Below, piece after piece: positions 8,742 to 19,189 of a stretch of 64,000 nt of DNA. The DNA lies in IMG/VR virus record IMGVR_UViG_3300033463_000042, positions 1 to 64,000 of that record. One strand, 5' to 3'. The stretch comes from a virus. Taxonomy: Duplodnaviria > Caudoviricetes. Position numbers and translations under genes: made by a program. The number at the start of each line of letters is the position of its first letter. Positions within the stretch are counted from its first letter, which is position 1. The notes under the pieces were generated by a model, which worked only from the letters and a program-made list of their open reading frames with translations, was not told the DNA's origin and ran no database searches.

Positions 8742-9941
8742 ATGTTCTTCCTTGAACAAGATGAATTCACAGAAGAGGAAACTAGGGTATTTGTTGAAGC
8801 TTACGGTATCAAAGATGCTCCTCTTAATGAAATAATTGTTGAACCAATTATTTCAATACTGAAATCCCCACGACATAGAGCAGAATATATCCGTTATGGT
8901 GAGGAATTCTTACAGGCAAACTCCGAGATGCTGTCTAGAGAATTCCCTACCAAAGCGGTATCATTCCCTCGAATGTATGTTGATAATATATTCAACATGT
9001 TCGGTTTCAATAAGAACACCTTCAAAGAGAATCTTAAAACAATTCTCAAGAATGTTTCTGATAAAACCGAATTCCAAACTATCGTTGCTAACCCAACGAA
9101 TGTAATTCATGCAATCGTACTCGTGTATGCTGATAGTATTCAGCACAGAGCATTGCGTGATTCTGCAAGACAACAAATGGGCTTATCTATCTATAATAAT
9201 AACTTCAATGCTTTTTTCCATCCACCTCATCCTGTTGAATCTACAATGGCTTACACTTACATGAACCTTGATAATTCATGGAATCTTGTCAAGAGTGAGA
9301 ACATTATCAACTGGATTGACTTAACTATCGAGACCGCTTTCCAATATTGGCGCAGTAGACTCGATGTTGAAATGGACACGTCGGTGTTGGTTCAATTCCT
9401 CAATCGTGTCAGAACATCGTTCCGACAGAATTTACGCTTGCTGGCGAACCAGTACTTCAAAACCGTTGAAGAGAATAAGGGAAATCTCGTCGGAACGGAT
9501 GTTTCTTCAGATGACATGTATTTTGAAACCAATAACACCGTTAAACTTAGAGATGGTCTTATACGTAGAATCAATAGTAAGGACCAGTTATATTGTAAAA
9601 AGGGAGATTTGTATATTGGTATTGCAAAGCTCAAGAATGTTAAGACAGATTCATTATATGAATTTGCACAGACAATTGAGCAGAAAGATATTTCAATGAT
9701 TATTGATACAATCTTCTACGTATTTATTTCGAAAGAAGGAAATACAATAGAGGATATCAACTCAACGAAATACATTTCCAGAATTACAAATCTTCCTACT
9801 GCAATAGACAGAGCCGTTGCTGGTAAACCCATAATCGATATGTTGTCTAAAAAATATGATGTTGACCAGACAATTGTACGAGCTTACATTTGTTTGCTTG
9901 CGACATATATCATGTATCGTATCAACGACCTTAAGTCATAA
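8742..9941 (+). CDS. Hypothetical protein
   Basis: 399-aa ORF with AGGAGGAG RBS; no motif recognised. Confidence 0.75.
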   Translation: MFFLEQDEFTEEETRVFVEAYGIKDAPLNEIIVEPIISILKSPRHRAEYIRYGEEFLQANSEMLSREFPTKAVSFPRMYVDNIFNMFGFNKNTFKENLKTILKNVSDKTEFQTIVANPTNVIHAIVLVYADSIQHRALRDSARQQMGLSIYNNNFNAFFHPPHPVESTMAYTYMNLDNSWNLVKSENIINWIDLTIETAFQYWRSRLDVEMDTSVLVQFLNRVRTSFRQNLRLLANQYFKTVEENKGNLVGTDVSSDDMYFETNNTVKLRDGLIRRINSKDQLYCKKGDLYIGIAKLKNVKTDSLYEFAQTIEQKDISMIIDTIFYVFISKEGNTIEDINSTKYISRITNLPTAIDRAVAGKPIIDMLSKKYDVDQTIVRAYICLLATYIMYRINDLKS

Positions 9942-10002
9942 TACGATACGAAAAGTTAAAGCTTCTTATAGCTTAATATTATAATAGAAAGGAATGAAAT
10001 TT

Positions 10003-11478
10003 ATGAACGAGACGAATGTTCGTAATGAAATTCTTGATTCCATAGATAGAGTTGATCATATCACTCTGGAATCATCTCTCGACGTACTTTTTTCTCTTGG
10101 TGCGGCATATGAAAAGTCTGCAATGATTATGGAATATGCTTCTGATCCTGATGAATTAAGTATGTTCGCTATATTCCAGGAGGCTGACCAGCCTGCTGCA
10201 GAAGGTGAAGCTAAAACTGAAGAGAAGCCTGCTGAAAACACCAATACAACTGTAAGTGCAAATGATAATGCACCTGCTGCTAATGCTGAGGCTAAGAAGA
10301 AGTCAGGAATTCTTTGGTTTATTCCTAACCTTATCAAGAAACTCTTCCAGTTCCTGAAGGATGCTTGGAATGGTGTAATCACTCCTAAGGCAGAACAGGT
10401 TTCTGAGAAGACACAGGATCTCTTTGAAAAGATCGCTGGTAAGGATGAGTCATGGATCAAAGAACATGCTACAGAGCTTGGTCTTGCTGGTGGTGCTCTC
10501 ACAGCTGTACTCAGCTTCATCGCTGTTGTTAAGCACAATGAGATCGCTGAGATGTTGGCTTCATTCGGTAAGTCTATCGGTACAGTATTCAAGGGTATGA
10601 AGGCCGCTCCATCAATCGCATGGAAGGGTGGTTCTTTCATAACAAATGTCAAGTTTGAAGGACTGATCAAAACTGTTGCTGCATACAAGAATGCAGTTAT
10701 GGCTTACAAGAACAATCCTGATGTCAAGAAGCTCATATCTGATATCGACAGCATTCCAACAACTCCTGATACAATCATTGCAGATTCTACTTTCGAGCTG
10801 TCATATGACGACATCATTAAGACCTTTGATGAAGCAAAGAAGACATTCGGTGGCGATGAAGAAATAAACGTTGATATCAAGCCTATCGAAAATCCAACAG
10901 ATGAACAGCTGAAGGATATGCAGAATGCTAATGGTAAGACATCACTGTGGGCAAAAATCACTGGTGCGATATCCAACGTTTTCAAGAAGCTTCTCTCATG
11001 GGTAACTGGTCTGTTCAAGAAGGAAAAGGAAGTTGACGAGCAGGTTAATGCTGCTGAAAATACTACTCCTATAGAGGGTGAAGCTAAGACTGAAGGTGAA
11101 GGAACAGAAGGTGAAGCAAGTACTGAGAACGCTGAGCAGACTGCTGCTCCTACAGAGGGTGAAGCTGCTCCCGCTGCCGAGGAAGAGAAGAAGGGTTATA
11201 CTGCTGAAGAAATCAACTCAATGCTTCCTGAAGGAAAAGCACCTCTTAAGGTTGGTTCTGACGGTCTCATTCTTAGTAAGGCTGGTACTCCTATCAGAAC
11301 ACCTTTCACACTTCCTGGTGGTCAGATGAAAGTTAAGCTCAACCCTGATGACAATAAGTACTATGTTGCTGAATCAGCTGAGACTGATATTGATGAAGAG
11401 GAACTGATGTTTGTCGAATCATATGAAGAGGAATTCTCTGATGCTGATATCGAGGTAAGTAATCACTGGTACAACTAA
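10003..11478 (+). CDS. Putative internal head (ejection) protein with shared N-terminal leader
   Basis: Leader ILDSIDRV...LESSLDV...YEKSAMIMEY...FAIFQEA is shared with the ORFs ending at 36054 and 37083. Hydrophobic segment LGLAGGALTAVLSFIAVV. Confidence 0.65.
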   Translation: MNETNVRNEILDSIDRVDHITLESSLDVLFSLGAAYEKSAMIMEYASDPDELSMFAIFQEADQPAAEGEAKTEEKPAENTNTTVSANDNAPAANAEAKKKSGILWFIPNLIKKLFQFLKDAWNGVITPKAEQVSEKTQDLFEKIAGKDESWIKEHATELGLAGGALTAVLSFIAVVKHNEIAEMLASFGKSIGTVFKGMKAAPSIAWKGGSFITNVKFEGLIKTVAAYKNAVMAYKNNPDVKKLISDIDSIPTTPDTIIADSTFELSYDDIIKTFDEAKKTFGGDEEINVDIKPIENPTDEQLKDMQNANGKTSLWAKITGAISNVFKKLLSWVTGLFKKEKEVDEQVNAAENTTPIEGEAKTEGEGTEGEASTENAEQTAAPTEGEAAPAAEEEKKGYTAEEINSMLPEGKAPLKVGSDGLILSKAGTPIRTPFTLPGGQMKVKLNPDDNKYYVAESAETDIDEEELMFVESYEEEFSDADIEVSNHWYN

Positions 11479-11488
11479 AAATCATGAG

Positions 11489-11514
11489 GAGATATCCCCA
11501 TGCGGGGATATCTC
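11489..11514 (+). terminator. Probable intrinsic terminator hairpin
   Basis: GAGATATCCCC-ATGC-GGGGATATCTC just after the stop at 11478. Confidence 0.7.
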
Positions 11515-11547
11515 TTCTATTATATTATAACGAAAGGAAGAACTTGT

Positions 11548-12384
11548 ATGCCTAAAAAGAGTACTCAGACTAACAAATATGAGACTGCTTGTTTTATACA
11601 GGAAGCTCCTGTTATGTCCGAAATGAATGTCAATGGATATACAATAAAGAAATCTGCAGAAGGTCTTCCGTATTGTGAGTTTGAATCAACACTCATGACA
11701 TTCAACGAATACAATCGTATGAGACGTCGTTATGATGCAAATAACATTGATACTGTTATTGCTTCTGATGAAAGAATCAACGATCTGTTGAGACGTCATC
11801 AGTGGAGAGGTGAATGGAATCATCCAAATCCGGATATCAAGGGTCAACAATATTCTGATATTCGTATGACAATTCCTGAGCCAATCAGAACATCTCACTT
11901 TATCACGAAACCCCGCCTGGAAGGCGATAGATATCGTGGTCATATAATCACTCATCCCCGCACAGAGTGTGGTAGGGCTGTTGCTTCAGAGATCATTGAT
12001 ATCGGTTCTATCCCATGTTTCTCAGTACGTCTGCTCGGAAACATGATTCCTAATGCTCCGGTTAACCAGCCGAATATGAGAGTGTCAAAGGTTATCACAT
12101 TTGATATGGTTGACTTTCCATCACATGCTGGTGCACAGGCTGATATAACTCCTGCTGCATACCAGGAAGGTGCTGTAATCTTCCTCAAGGAATTAGCTAA
12201 GTATTGCTGTGAGCAGGATGAGAACATGAAGGTCGTATGTGAATCATTCCAGTTCTCTACAGATGAGATCATGGGTATCCACAATGGTAACATTGTATTC
12301 CAGGAAGCTGATACAAACTCAAGAGTTCATATTCCGCTTAAAGGGGATATTCGTAAGGAAGCCATGTCAATAATACTTGGATAA
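11548..12384 (+). CDS. Prohead (capsid maturation) protease, T4 gp21-like
   Basis: NRMRRRY, WRGEWNHP, TSHFI, FSVRLLG and TFDMVDFPSH match gp21-family motifs (NRN.R.Y, GEL.HP, SH, SSRG.G, D.V..PS); lies upstream of the capsid gene. Start reassigned to 11548 (RBS GAAAGGA). Confidence 0.85.
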   Translation: MPKKSTQTNKYETACFIQEAPVMSEMNVNGYTIKKSAEGLPYCEFESTLMTFNEYNRMRRRYDANNIDTVIASDERINDLLRRHQWRGEWNHPNPDIKGQQYSDIRMTIPEPIRTSHFITKPRLEGDRYRGHIITHPRTECGRAVASEIIDIGSIPCFSVRLLGNMIPNAPVNQPNMRVSKVITFDMVDFPSHAGAQADITPAAYQEGAVIFLKELAKYCCEQDENMKVVCESFQFSTDEIMGIHNGNIVFQEADTNSRVHIPLKGDIRKEAMSIILG

Positions 12385-12398
12385 TGGAGGTTGGATAT

Positions 12399-15300
12399 AT
12401 GGATGAAAAGAATATCATAATCAAACAATCCTATTTCACCAATATCCAAACCGCTATCAATAGCATCAATGAGTTTTTCTCTTCACAGTTCAAAACCAAG
12501 AACTTCCCTGTTCTTGATGAAGGTCTTGATATAGATCCAACTGTGGAGAGAATCCTTACTCGTCTGAATGCTGTTGATTCATCTTGGGTATTTGATGAAA
12601 ATAAATATCAGGATATGCTCAATCTCATTAATGGAGAACTTGAGAAGATTGATCCTGAGGGTGGAGTTTATGAAACACTTATGGACTCCAATAATGAAAC
12701 TCTCATTCAGGCTGTTGATTCCTATGTTGGTTTCAAGTGGCTTAACTTAATTGCAGATAACTTTGATGCATTTACAACATTCATCAATGGTATCTACACA
12801 TTCGAGATATTCTATAAACCATCGGGATATACTCCAGTATTGAATATCTTCGATCAGCCAATCTCATTCGATGAAGTTCCATCACTTGATCTTGACGATA
12901 AGGTATTCGACGTAAATGCGTACGTTGATGGAATATTCAAGAATGGAGACATCTCACTTCCTGAAGAACTCACTGAAGAGAGTGAAATCGAACGTATATC
13001 TACACGTCAGGATCTTGATGGTTATGAGATTATGGTTGATGACTCGGTCCAGGAAGCTGCTGAGATAAATTACTTCGAGAATGACAAACCTGCAAACATG
13101 AAGTATTCTGAATCGCAGAAGAAGTTCTTAATATCTGAAGAATTCAAGAAAGCTGTTGATGAGCTCATTGCTGGTCTCAGAAAGTGTGATTCTACAGATG
13201 ATCTGTTGAAGTTCTTTGGTGATTCCACAGTTATACCGAAGCTGGTTGACAGAATGAGTCGTACAGTTATACCATTCATTCTTGTTAAGGTTCTCACTAA
13301 TCCAAAGAAGACCGTCCTTGACTTCTCTGGAAAGTTGAAGAAGTATACTGATTCATACGCATCAATTCTTTCACAGAATGTTGGTGCTCGTAGATTTGAA
13401 AACTATGATCTTTTTTCTACTTTCAAATCTGATAAGGAGGGAACCATCAAGTTCGTTGAAGATTTCTGTAAGTTAAATCTTGTAAACAATACTGATGCTT
13501 CCATCGCAAATAACACACTCCTTACAATCTTCAATATCTTTGACTCAAGAATCTATCTCGATCTTGCATATAACAATGCTCCCGAGAGTATCAAGAGTGA
13601 AAAGATTGAAGATGCATTCGTTAAGGAGATCCGTGGTAGAATTAATAAGAATTCTCGTACACAGACTGCTTACACAGAAGAGGCTCCCAAGGAGACTACA
13701 GATACAGGTGAATCAACAACTGTTGAACCTGAAACAACTGAAGCTGTCACAGAGTATGTATCAAAGGAACTGAAGAAGTTTGGTGATATGACTCCTCGTG
13801 ATATGCGTTTCTGCGATCAGTTCGGTGCTCTGTTACTTAAGGAAATCGATACTATCGAAGACCGTATGTACAATGAGCATGTATCACCAATTCTCATCGA
13901 TGAGTACATTGGTGAATCATATGATTTCCGTCTTGGTGATGACATCATCATGGAAGCAAACATCACAAAGAGACGTGAAGCTTTACAATCTGCAATCGCT
14001 TCATTCCTTGAAGAGTGTGAAAAGATTGTAGAAATGGATAAGAAGCATACTTGGAATAACAATACATTTGCTCGTCAGTTCAGAACTACAGCGGGTATGA
14101 TGTTCCCAAGATCATTCTTCCCGTTCTTGCTTCCGATACCTGTTGCAAACGTAACTGGTTCATCTGAACAGCACACCAACATCAAGCAGAGTCATAAGTG
14201 GATCAAGAAAGCTCTTAAAGGTAAGGCTGGACAGTTCACAAATGAACAACTCCGTACTATGAATAACCTGAAAGATCTTGTTGATGACATGTGGGGAACC
14301 GTTAAATGGTTCTGGATTAACCCAATCAACTGGTCCAAGGAAGTAAACATTGGTCACAATACTCGTATTCAGGGTAGAGTTAAATCAATGGCTCGTATCG
14401 CAAAGGATATAGTTGCACTTAAACCAAAGCTTGACTTCGTTCTTAACGATGATAAGTTCGTTAATGAATTTGCATTCATGGAACAGTACTCCGAAGAAGT
14501 TATCATGGAAGCTACCACTGAAAAGAACCATGAGAGACTCAATACAGCAATCAAATCATTAATGAATTTGATGCGTAAGATCACCACGATTTCTAAGGAT
14601 GGTACATGGACAAATAACACCATGCTTGCAATGTTCAGAAATAGTGAGAACATGGTTATTCTCAAGGAAGCTAGAAAGTATGTTGAAATGGCAATTGGTG
14701 GTTCCGGTGGAATCAAGATGGAGAATAGTGACACAATGAAAAACCTTGACGTTAAAATCAAGGAAATGCTGTCAACTATCAAGAGTGCTAAACTGAATCC
14801 TCTTGTAAAGAAGAACACCAAGGAATCTGAAGCTGCTAAGAAGATATCTTTACTTGCTGGAGAGATCGTTGGTCTCGAAGGATCACTTGGATTCCTCAAG
14901 GATGTTCCTGTAAAGGACAGACCTAAGAAGAAGGGTGAAGAAGCTGCTTCTACTGAAGAGACGACAACAGAGTCAGCTGTTATGGACTTTGATGAGTACA
15001 TGGTAATGATGGAAGGAGCTGCAATCGACGGTTCTATTCCTAATTATATGAAGAACAGAATTGCTCTGTCTGATAAACTCAATACAGGCACATCTCCTGC
15101 TGAACTTCCTGAAGGTGTTCCACAGAATCCTATTCCGGATCTCACAGATTCAATCGACACTAAGTTGAAGACACCTAGTGATGATATGAATGATGTACTC
15201 GGTTCTGGTTATGAAGCTCCTAATAAGAAAGATGAAGGCAAGATAGTTGTTAACATCACCAACAACTACACCAATTCTTTCAATAAGGATTCCAACAACA

Positions 15301-16184
15301 CAACCACAAATACAAAGGATGATCATTCAACAGGTAAGGTTACAAATGTTACGAATACAAATTCTAACAATGAAACCTCTACTAACTCACACAATGATTC
15401 ATCTAAGAATAAGGATGAATCCTCTAATAAGAGAACAAATTCTTCCAATAAAAAGACATCATCTTCTAAATCTACAAAGACTGATAATTCAGGCTCTAAC
15501 AATAATAATAATAGCAGCACATCTGCTGACGTAGATTCGAAGGAAAAGAAATTCTCGAATGGTAAAACTGTTCAGGAAATGTTCTTATTCTTAGAATCCA
15601 AAGAGCCCCGTTCAGATAGAAGTGATGCTGGAAAACCTCCAAAAGAGGATCTATTAACAAAAGCAATGGATAGGGACCGCGAGCTTTTGCCTAAACAGCA
15701 GAAAGCTAAGAAGGGAACTACCAAAGCACTTAATACCGGCAAGGCTGTCCTGAAACCCATTTCTCGAACAAAGCAATGGTTGACTAACATAGTTGACTCT
15801 GTAATCAAGAGGGATGAAGACGCAGTAAAGGCCGAAATGCTCGACAATCCAAGTTACCGTTCTTCGGTTTATAAAGCAGCAAGAATTGCAACCAAGCTTG
15901 GACTTACTGGAGTGCTCTATGCATTAAATCCGTACCTGGGTGTCGGATATGCTGGAGTTCAGGGTCTTAAGGCAATTGACAAACACCGTCTCAAGAAGGA
16001 AGTTGGTCAGGAGCTTTTGACAGAACTTGAAATCACTGAACAAAAGATCAAGGATCTCAGTGGTATCAATACACCTGAAGCAATGAAGCAGAAATATGAA
16101 CTTATGAGAATTAGAGAGAAGCTTATTAATAAGATTCCTGATACTCATAAATCATTCATAAAGAGACCAAGCGAAATTGCATAA
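12399..16184 (+). CDS. Large putative internal head/core polyprotein
   Basis: Lies between protease and capsid genes; multiple VQEA/IMEA/MMEG motifs, an internal duplicated module, an Asn/Ser/Thr-rich linker and a C-terminal hydrophobic segment. GGAGG RBS precedes ATG 12399. Confidence 0.6.
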   Translation: MDEKNIIIKQSYFTNIQTAINSINEFFSSQFKTKNFPVLDEGLDIDPTVERILTRLNAVDSSWVFDENKYQDMLNLINGELEKIDPEGGVYETLMDSNNETLIQAVDSYVGFKWLNLIADNFDAFTTFINGIYTFEIFYKPSGYTPVLNIFDQPISFDEVPSLDLDDKVFDVNAYVDGIFKNGDISLPEELTEESEIERISTRQDLDGYEIMVDDSVQEAAEINYFENDKPANMKYSESQKKFLISEEFKKAVDELIAGLRKCDSTDDLLKFFGDSTVIPKLVDRMSRTVIPFILVKVLTNPKKTVLDFSGKLKKYTDSYASILSQNVGARRFENYDLFSTFKSDKEGTIKFVEDFCKLNLVNNTDASIANNTLLTIFNIFDSRIYLDLAYNNAPESIKSEKIEDAFVKEIRGRINKNSRTQTAYTEEAPKETTDTGESTTVEPETTEAVTEYVSKELKKFGDMTPRDMRFCDQFGALLLKEIDTIEDRMYNEHVSPILIDEYIGESYDFRLGDDIIMEANITKRREALQSAIASFLEECEKIVEMDKKHTWNNNTFARQFRTTAGMMFPRSFFPFLLPIPVANVTGSSEQHTNIKQSHKWIKKALKGKAGQFTNEQLRTMNNLKDLVDDMWGTVKWFWINPINWSKEVNIGHNTRIQGRVKSMARIAKDIVALKPKLDFVLNDDKFVNEFAFMEQYSEEVIMEATTEKNHERLNTAIKSLMNLMRKITTISKDGTWTNNTMLAMFRNSENMVILKEARKYVEMAIGGSGGIKMENSDTMKNLDVKIKEMLSTIKSAKLNPLVKKNTKESEAAKKISLLAGEIVGLEGSLGFLKDVPVKDRPKKKGEEAASTEETTTESAVMDFDEYMVMMEGAAIDGSIPNYMKNRIALSDKLNTGTSPAELPEGVPQNPIPDLTDSIDTKLKTPSDDMNDVLGSGYEAPNKKDEGKIVVNITNNYTNSFNKDSNNTTTNTKDDHSTGKVTNVTNTNSNNETSTNSHNDSSKNKDESSNKRTNSSNKKTSSSKSTKTDNSGSNNNNNSSTSADVDSKEKKFSNGKTVQEMFLFLESKEPRSDRSDAGKPPKEDLLTKAMDRDRELLPKQQKAKKGTTKALNTGKAVLKPISRTKQWLTNIVDSVIKRDEDAVKAEMLDNPSYRSSVYKAARIATKLGLTGVLYALNPYLGVGYAGVQGLKAIDKHRLKKEVGQELLTELEITEQKIKDLSGINTPEAMKQKYELMRIREKLINKIPDTHKSFIKRPSEIA

Positions 16185-16202
16185 TATAAAGGAGGGATAA
16201 CA

Positions 16203-16811
16203 ATGCCTAATGATAATCTTTTCTTCATGGTCATGGAGGCCGAAGGAGACGAGATGGCTGCATTTGATGAGAATGCTATGGCTGGCGATGATGCTGGCGG
16301 TGAAGACGTTGCCCCTCCTGCTACTGACGAAACCGGTGGTAGTGAAAATGTCGATGACACAGCACCAGACTTCAGTGAAGACGACTTTGATATGGGTGGT
16401 CTTGGTGATGCAACTGGTGATGAAAATTCAGGTGGTGATGAAATGTCAGGAGACGAAGGTAATGGTGAAGAAGAAGCTGATCAGAAAGATGATAAGCTTT
16501 CAACGAAAGCTAATGATATTCTGAACCAGCAGTTGTATACAAAATTCGTTGCTCGTAATAAGGACATCGAAGGAATTATCAACAGCATAAAGGACTTGGT
16601 TCCTTTACTTCCATATGACGTTGTCAAGTCAAATGACAAAACAGTTAACCAACTGAAATCTGCCCTTCAAAAAGGACAAGAATACGTTATCAATGATTTC
16701 GTAGATTCTGGTTATGGAGAAAACTTGCTTTTCTACAATAAACTGGACAGCTTATATGTACTTCTACTGAATCGAATTGATAGTAATCTGAAAAAGATTA
16801 AAAATAATTAA
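16203..16811 (+). CDS. Acidic scaffold/core-like protein
   Basis: Very acidic disordered N-half plus helical C-half; immediately upstream of the major capsid gene; MVMEA motif. Confidence 0.5.
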   Translation: MPNDNLFFMVMEAEGDEMAAFDENAMAGDDAGGEDVAPPATDETGGSENVDDTAPDFSEDDFDMGGLGDATGDENSGGDEMSGDEGNGEEEADQKDDKLSTKANDILNQQLYTKFVARNKDIEGIINSIKDLVPLLPYDVVKSNDKTVNQLKSALQKGQEYVINDFVDSGYGENLLFYNKLDSLYVLLLNRIDSNLKKIKNN

Positions 16812-16859
16812 TTGAAAGATTATATCTTTCGAAATTTAAATCAAAGGAGTGTTTTATTC

Positions 16860-19115
16860 ATGGCATACAACGTATCATCTATGAACAATAGCCACGGAAC
16901 ATGGTTCCAGGAACAGATGAACATGATTAACAACGCATCTGTTACAGAACTGGATTCACTTAGCGATACTTTTGCTAAGAACTTCCAGGAGGCAGTTACT
17001 GATATCGAAAATGCATATAACGGCATCAACGTAATGAGAGATGCTAAGAAGATGATGGATAACCCCGAGATCATGGCTGAATATAAGACTCAGCTTCTCG
17101 ATCCAATCCTCGACGAAATCCGTACAGCAGCAGCAGATCAGAGCGATCCTGGTGAAAAGTTCCACCTCGAGAGCGTAGCTGATCAGCTCGAGTCTTCATG
17201 GGAAGAGAGCAAGAAGAGCTTCCTGGTACAGGAGTCTTATAATACTTCTACATACCTTCCTCTTTCAACTCTCGACTTCCCTGCATTGATCAAGCAGTAC
17301 ATCAGATTCCTTGGTAAGGATATCATTCCTGTACAGACTGCTTCTTCAACAAACATAGAGCAGCGTATATTCGTTAAGTATCTCGTAAACAACCAGACTG
17401 GTGAAGAGTATGAGGTACCAAAGGTTTACTGGCAGAAGGAAGCTGACGGAACTCCTACATGGAAGAAGCTCTGGAATGCTGGTAAGGGCGTAAGAATCAA
17501 TGATAAGACTCCTATCATGCTTGCTGACATAGCTGCTGCTAAGAACAAGAAGTATGATATGTTCAACCACCTCCTCCAGGATGATGGTACTCCTTATCCT
17601 GCACAGGGTCAGGCTGGCTGCTTCGAGAAGACTCTCAGAAGCCGTCTCTCATATGACTTCAACATTCAGTACATCGCTCTCGATGCTTCAACAGAGGCTC
17701 AGACAGTATATGTTCTCACATCTTCTGCACCTGAGGATTGGGGTACTGGTGAGTACTACACAAAGGGTGGCACAGAAGAAGAGCCAACATATGAGGCAGT
17801 AACATTCGAAAACACAGGTACAGCTGAAGAGCCTGTATGGTCACCTGCTTGGCAAGCTAGCACATACTACAAGAAGGAGACAACTGGTGCTACAACTGGC
17901 GTTACTAAGGTTAAGCTCCCTGGCGCTGGTATCGCTATTGATATCCAGACTGGTGGTGTATTCCTCAACGGTGAGTTCACAGACGATCTCAAGCTCCCGA
18001 TCGTAGATCCTGATACAAACCTTCCTACAGGCGAGTATGCTCCTGCTATCAGCGACATGCTTTCTGGTCGTGTTGACTTCGTTAAGGGCACACTTACAGC
18101 TTCTTCATGTGGCACAATCGTAGGTCTCTACGTTTCTGGTCACATCAGCAACGAAACAAACCTCAGAACAATCGGCTTCAGAGAGTATCCTCTCATCCGT
18201 AAGTTCCTCATCAGCGATGGTTGCAGATTCCAGCTTCCATTCACAGTTGAAGACTTTGCTGAGGCAAATGCTGCACTCAACTTCAACCTCTATAACAGAC
18301 TCGTTCAGGAGCTCGTTGTTAATCAGGAAATGTTCGAGGATGAGTCAATCCTTGAGTACCTCGACGAGCAGTTCGATATGTACGATGGTTACGATTCAGA
18401 TGTATTCGCTCTTGAGAGCTATACACATACTGAATTCGTAGATCTCGATCCTACTTCCATCTCACCAACATTCGCTGGCGATCCTTGGGAGTACAGAACT
18501 AATGCTATCCACAACGCAATCAACTCTGTAATCTATGAGCTCTGCGATCGTGGTAAGCTCGAGAACCTCGGCTTCGTTATCTATGCTAATCCGAAGGCTT
18601 GCCGTCTCCTCAATAAGTTCGTAACATGGACTGTTAAGAAGAGCACAGAAATCGGTGGCGTTCAGATGAACCACAGCTTCGGTATCCTTACAGATTCCGA
18701 TCTTCCTATCCGTGTCGTTGCTTCTAACCGTGTAGATGCTTACACACTCATCCCTGCATACCAGAAGGATGAGAGCGGCGAGGCTCTTCCTGAGGGTACA
18801 ATGTCTAAGGAGTACTTCTTCAAGATCGTTGCTTATCCAATGGACAAGTTCCACATCTCATACAAGCACCTCCGTTTCGCACGTCACCTCACAAATAGCC
18901 CTGAGAATGCTGGCTATGCTGATATCAACAATCCTGGTGGTCAGGCTGTTCTTATCACAACATCAGCTCAGTACAAGACAATCTCTATTCAGGGTATCCA
19001 GGGTCGTGTTATCTGCAAGAACACAGTTCTTGTTCCTGATATCAAGGCTGGTGTTACTGCTCCTGCTAACATTGCAGACGGCGGCGACGATGCAAACAAC
19101 TCTGTTGGTCCATGA
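16860..19115 (+). CDS. Major capsid protein
   Basis: ~751 aa, downstream of protease and scaffold. Strong high-expression codon bias (TTC, AAG, CTC, GAG). LVQES candidate cleavage site followed by PALIKQYIRFLGKDIIPVQT, reminiscent of T4 gp23 '...IAFDICGVQP'. Strong hairpin follows. Confidence 0.8.
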   Translation: MAYNVSSMNNSHGTWFQEQMNMINNASVTELDSLSDTFAKNFQEAVTDIENAYNGINVMRDAKKMMDNPEIMAEYKTQLLDPILDEIRTAAADQSDPGEKFHLESVADQLESSWEESKKSFLVQESYNTSTYLPLSTLDFPALIKQYIRFLGKDIIPVQTASSTNIEQRIFVKYLVNNQTGEEYEVPKVYWQKEADGTPTWKKLWNAGKGVRINDKTPIMLADIAAAKNKKYDMFNHLLQDDGTPYPAQGQAGCFEKTLRSRLSYDFNIQYIALDASTEAQTVYVLTSSAPEDWGTGEYYTKGGTEEEPTYEAVTFENTGTAEEPVWSPAWQASTYYKKETTGATTGVTKVKLPGAGIAIDIQTGGVFLNGEFTDDLKLPIVDPDTNLPTGEYAPAISDMLSGRVDFVKGTLTASSCGTIVGLYVSGHISNETNLRTIGFREYPLIRKFLISDGCRFQLPFTVEDFAEANAALNFNLYNRLVQELVVNQEMFEDESILEYLDEQFDMYDGYDSDVFALESYTHTEFVDLDPTSISPTFAGDPWEYRTNAIHNAINSVIYELCDRGKLENLGFVIYANPKACRLLNKFVTWTVKKSTEIGGVQMNHSFGILTDSDLPIRVVASNRVDAYTLIPAYQKDESGEALPEGTMSKEYFFKIVAYPMDKFHISYKHLRFARHLTNSPENAGYADINNPGGQAVLITTSAQYKTISIQGIQGRVICKNTVLVPDIKAGVTAPANIADGGDDANNSVGP

Positions 19116-19158
19116 TCGTTTATAGATCCATAAATGTGTGAATAAATAAGGTAGAGTA

Positions 19159-19180
19159 GACGGGGGCAACAGCCCCCGTC
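19159..19180. terminator. Hairpin terminator between convergent genes
   Basis: GACGGGGGC-AACA-GCCCCCGTC. Confidence 0.75.
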
Positions 19181-19189
19181 GAAATACTT

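Noticed and set aside
11500-11547. ORF-track start for the protease at 11500
   Set aside because: That ATG sits in the loop of a terminator-like hairpin; an RBS supports 11548. Similar RBS-based start corrections were made for several other genes.
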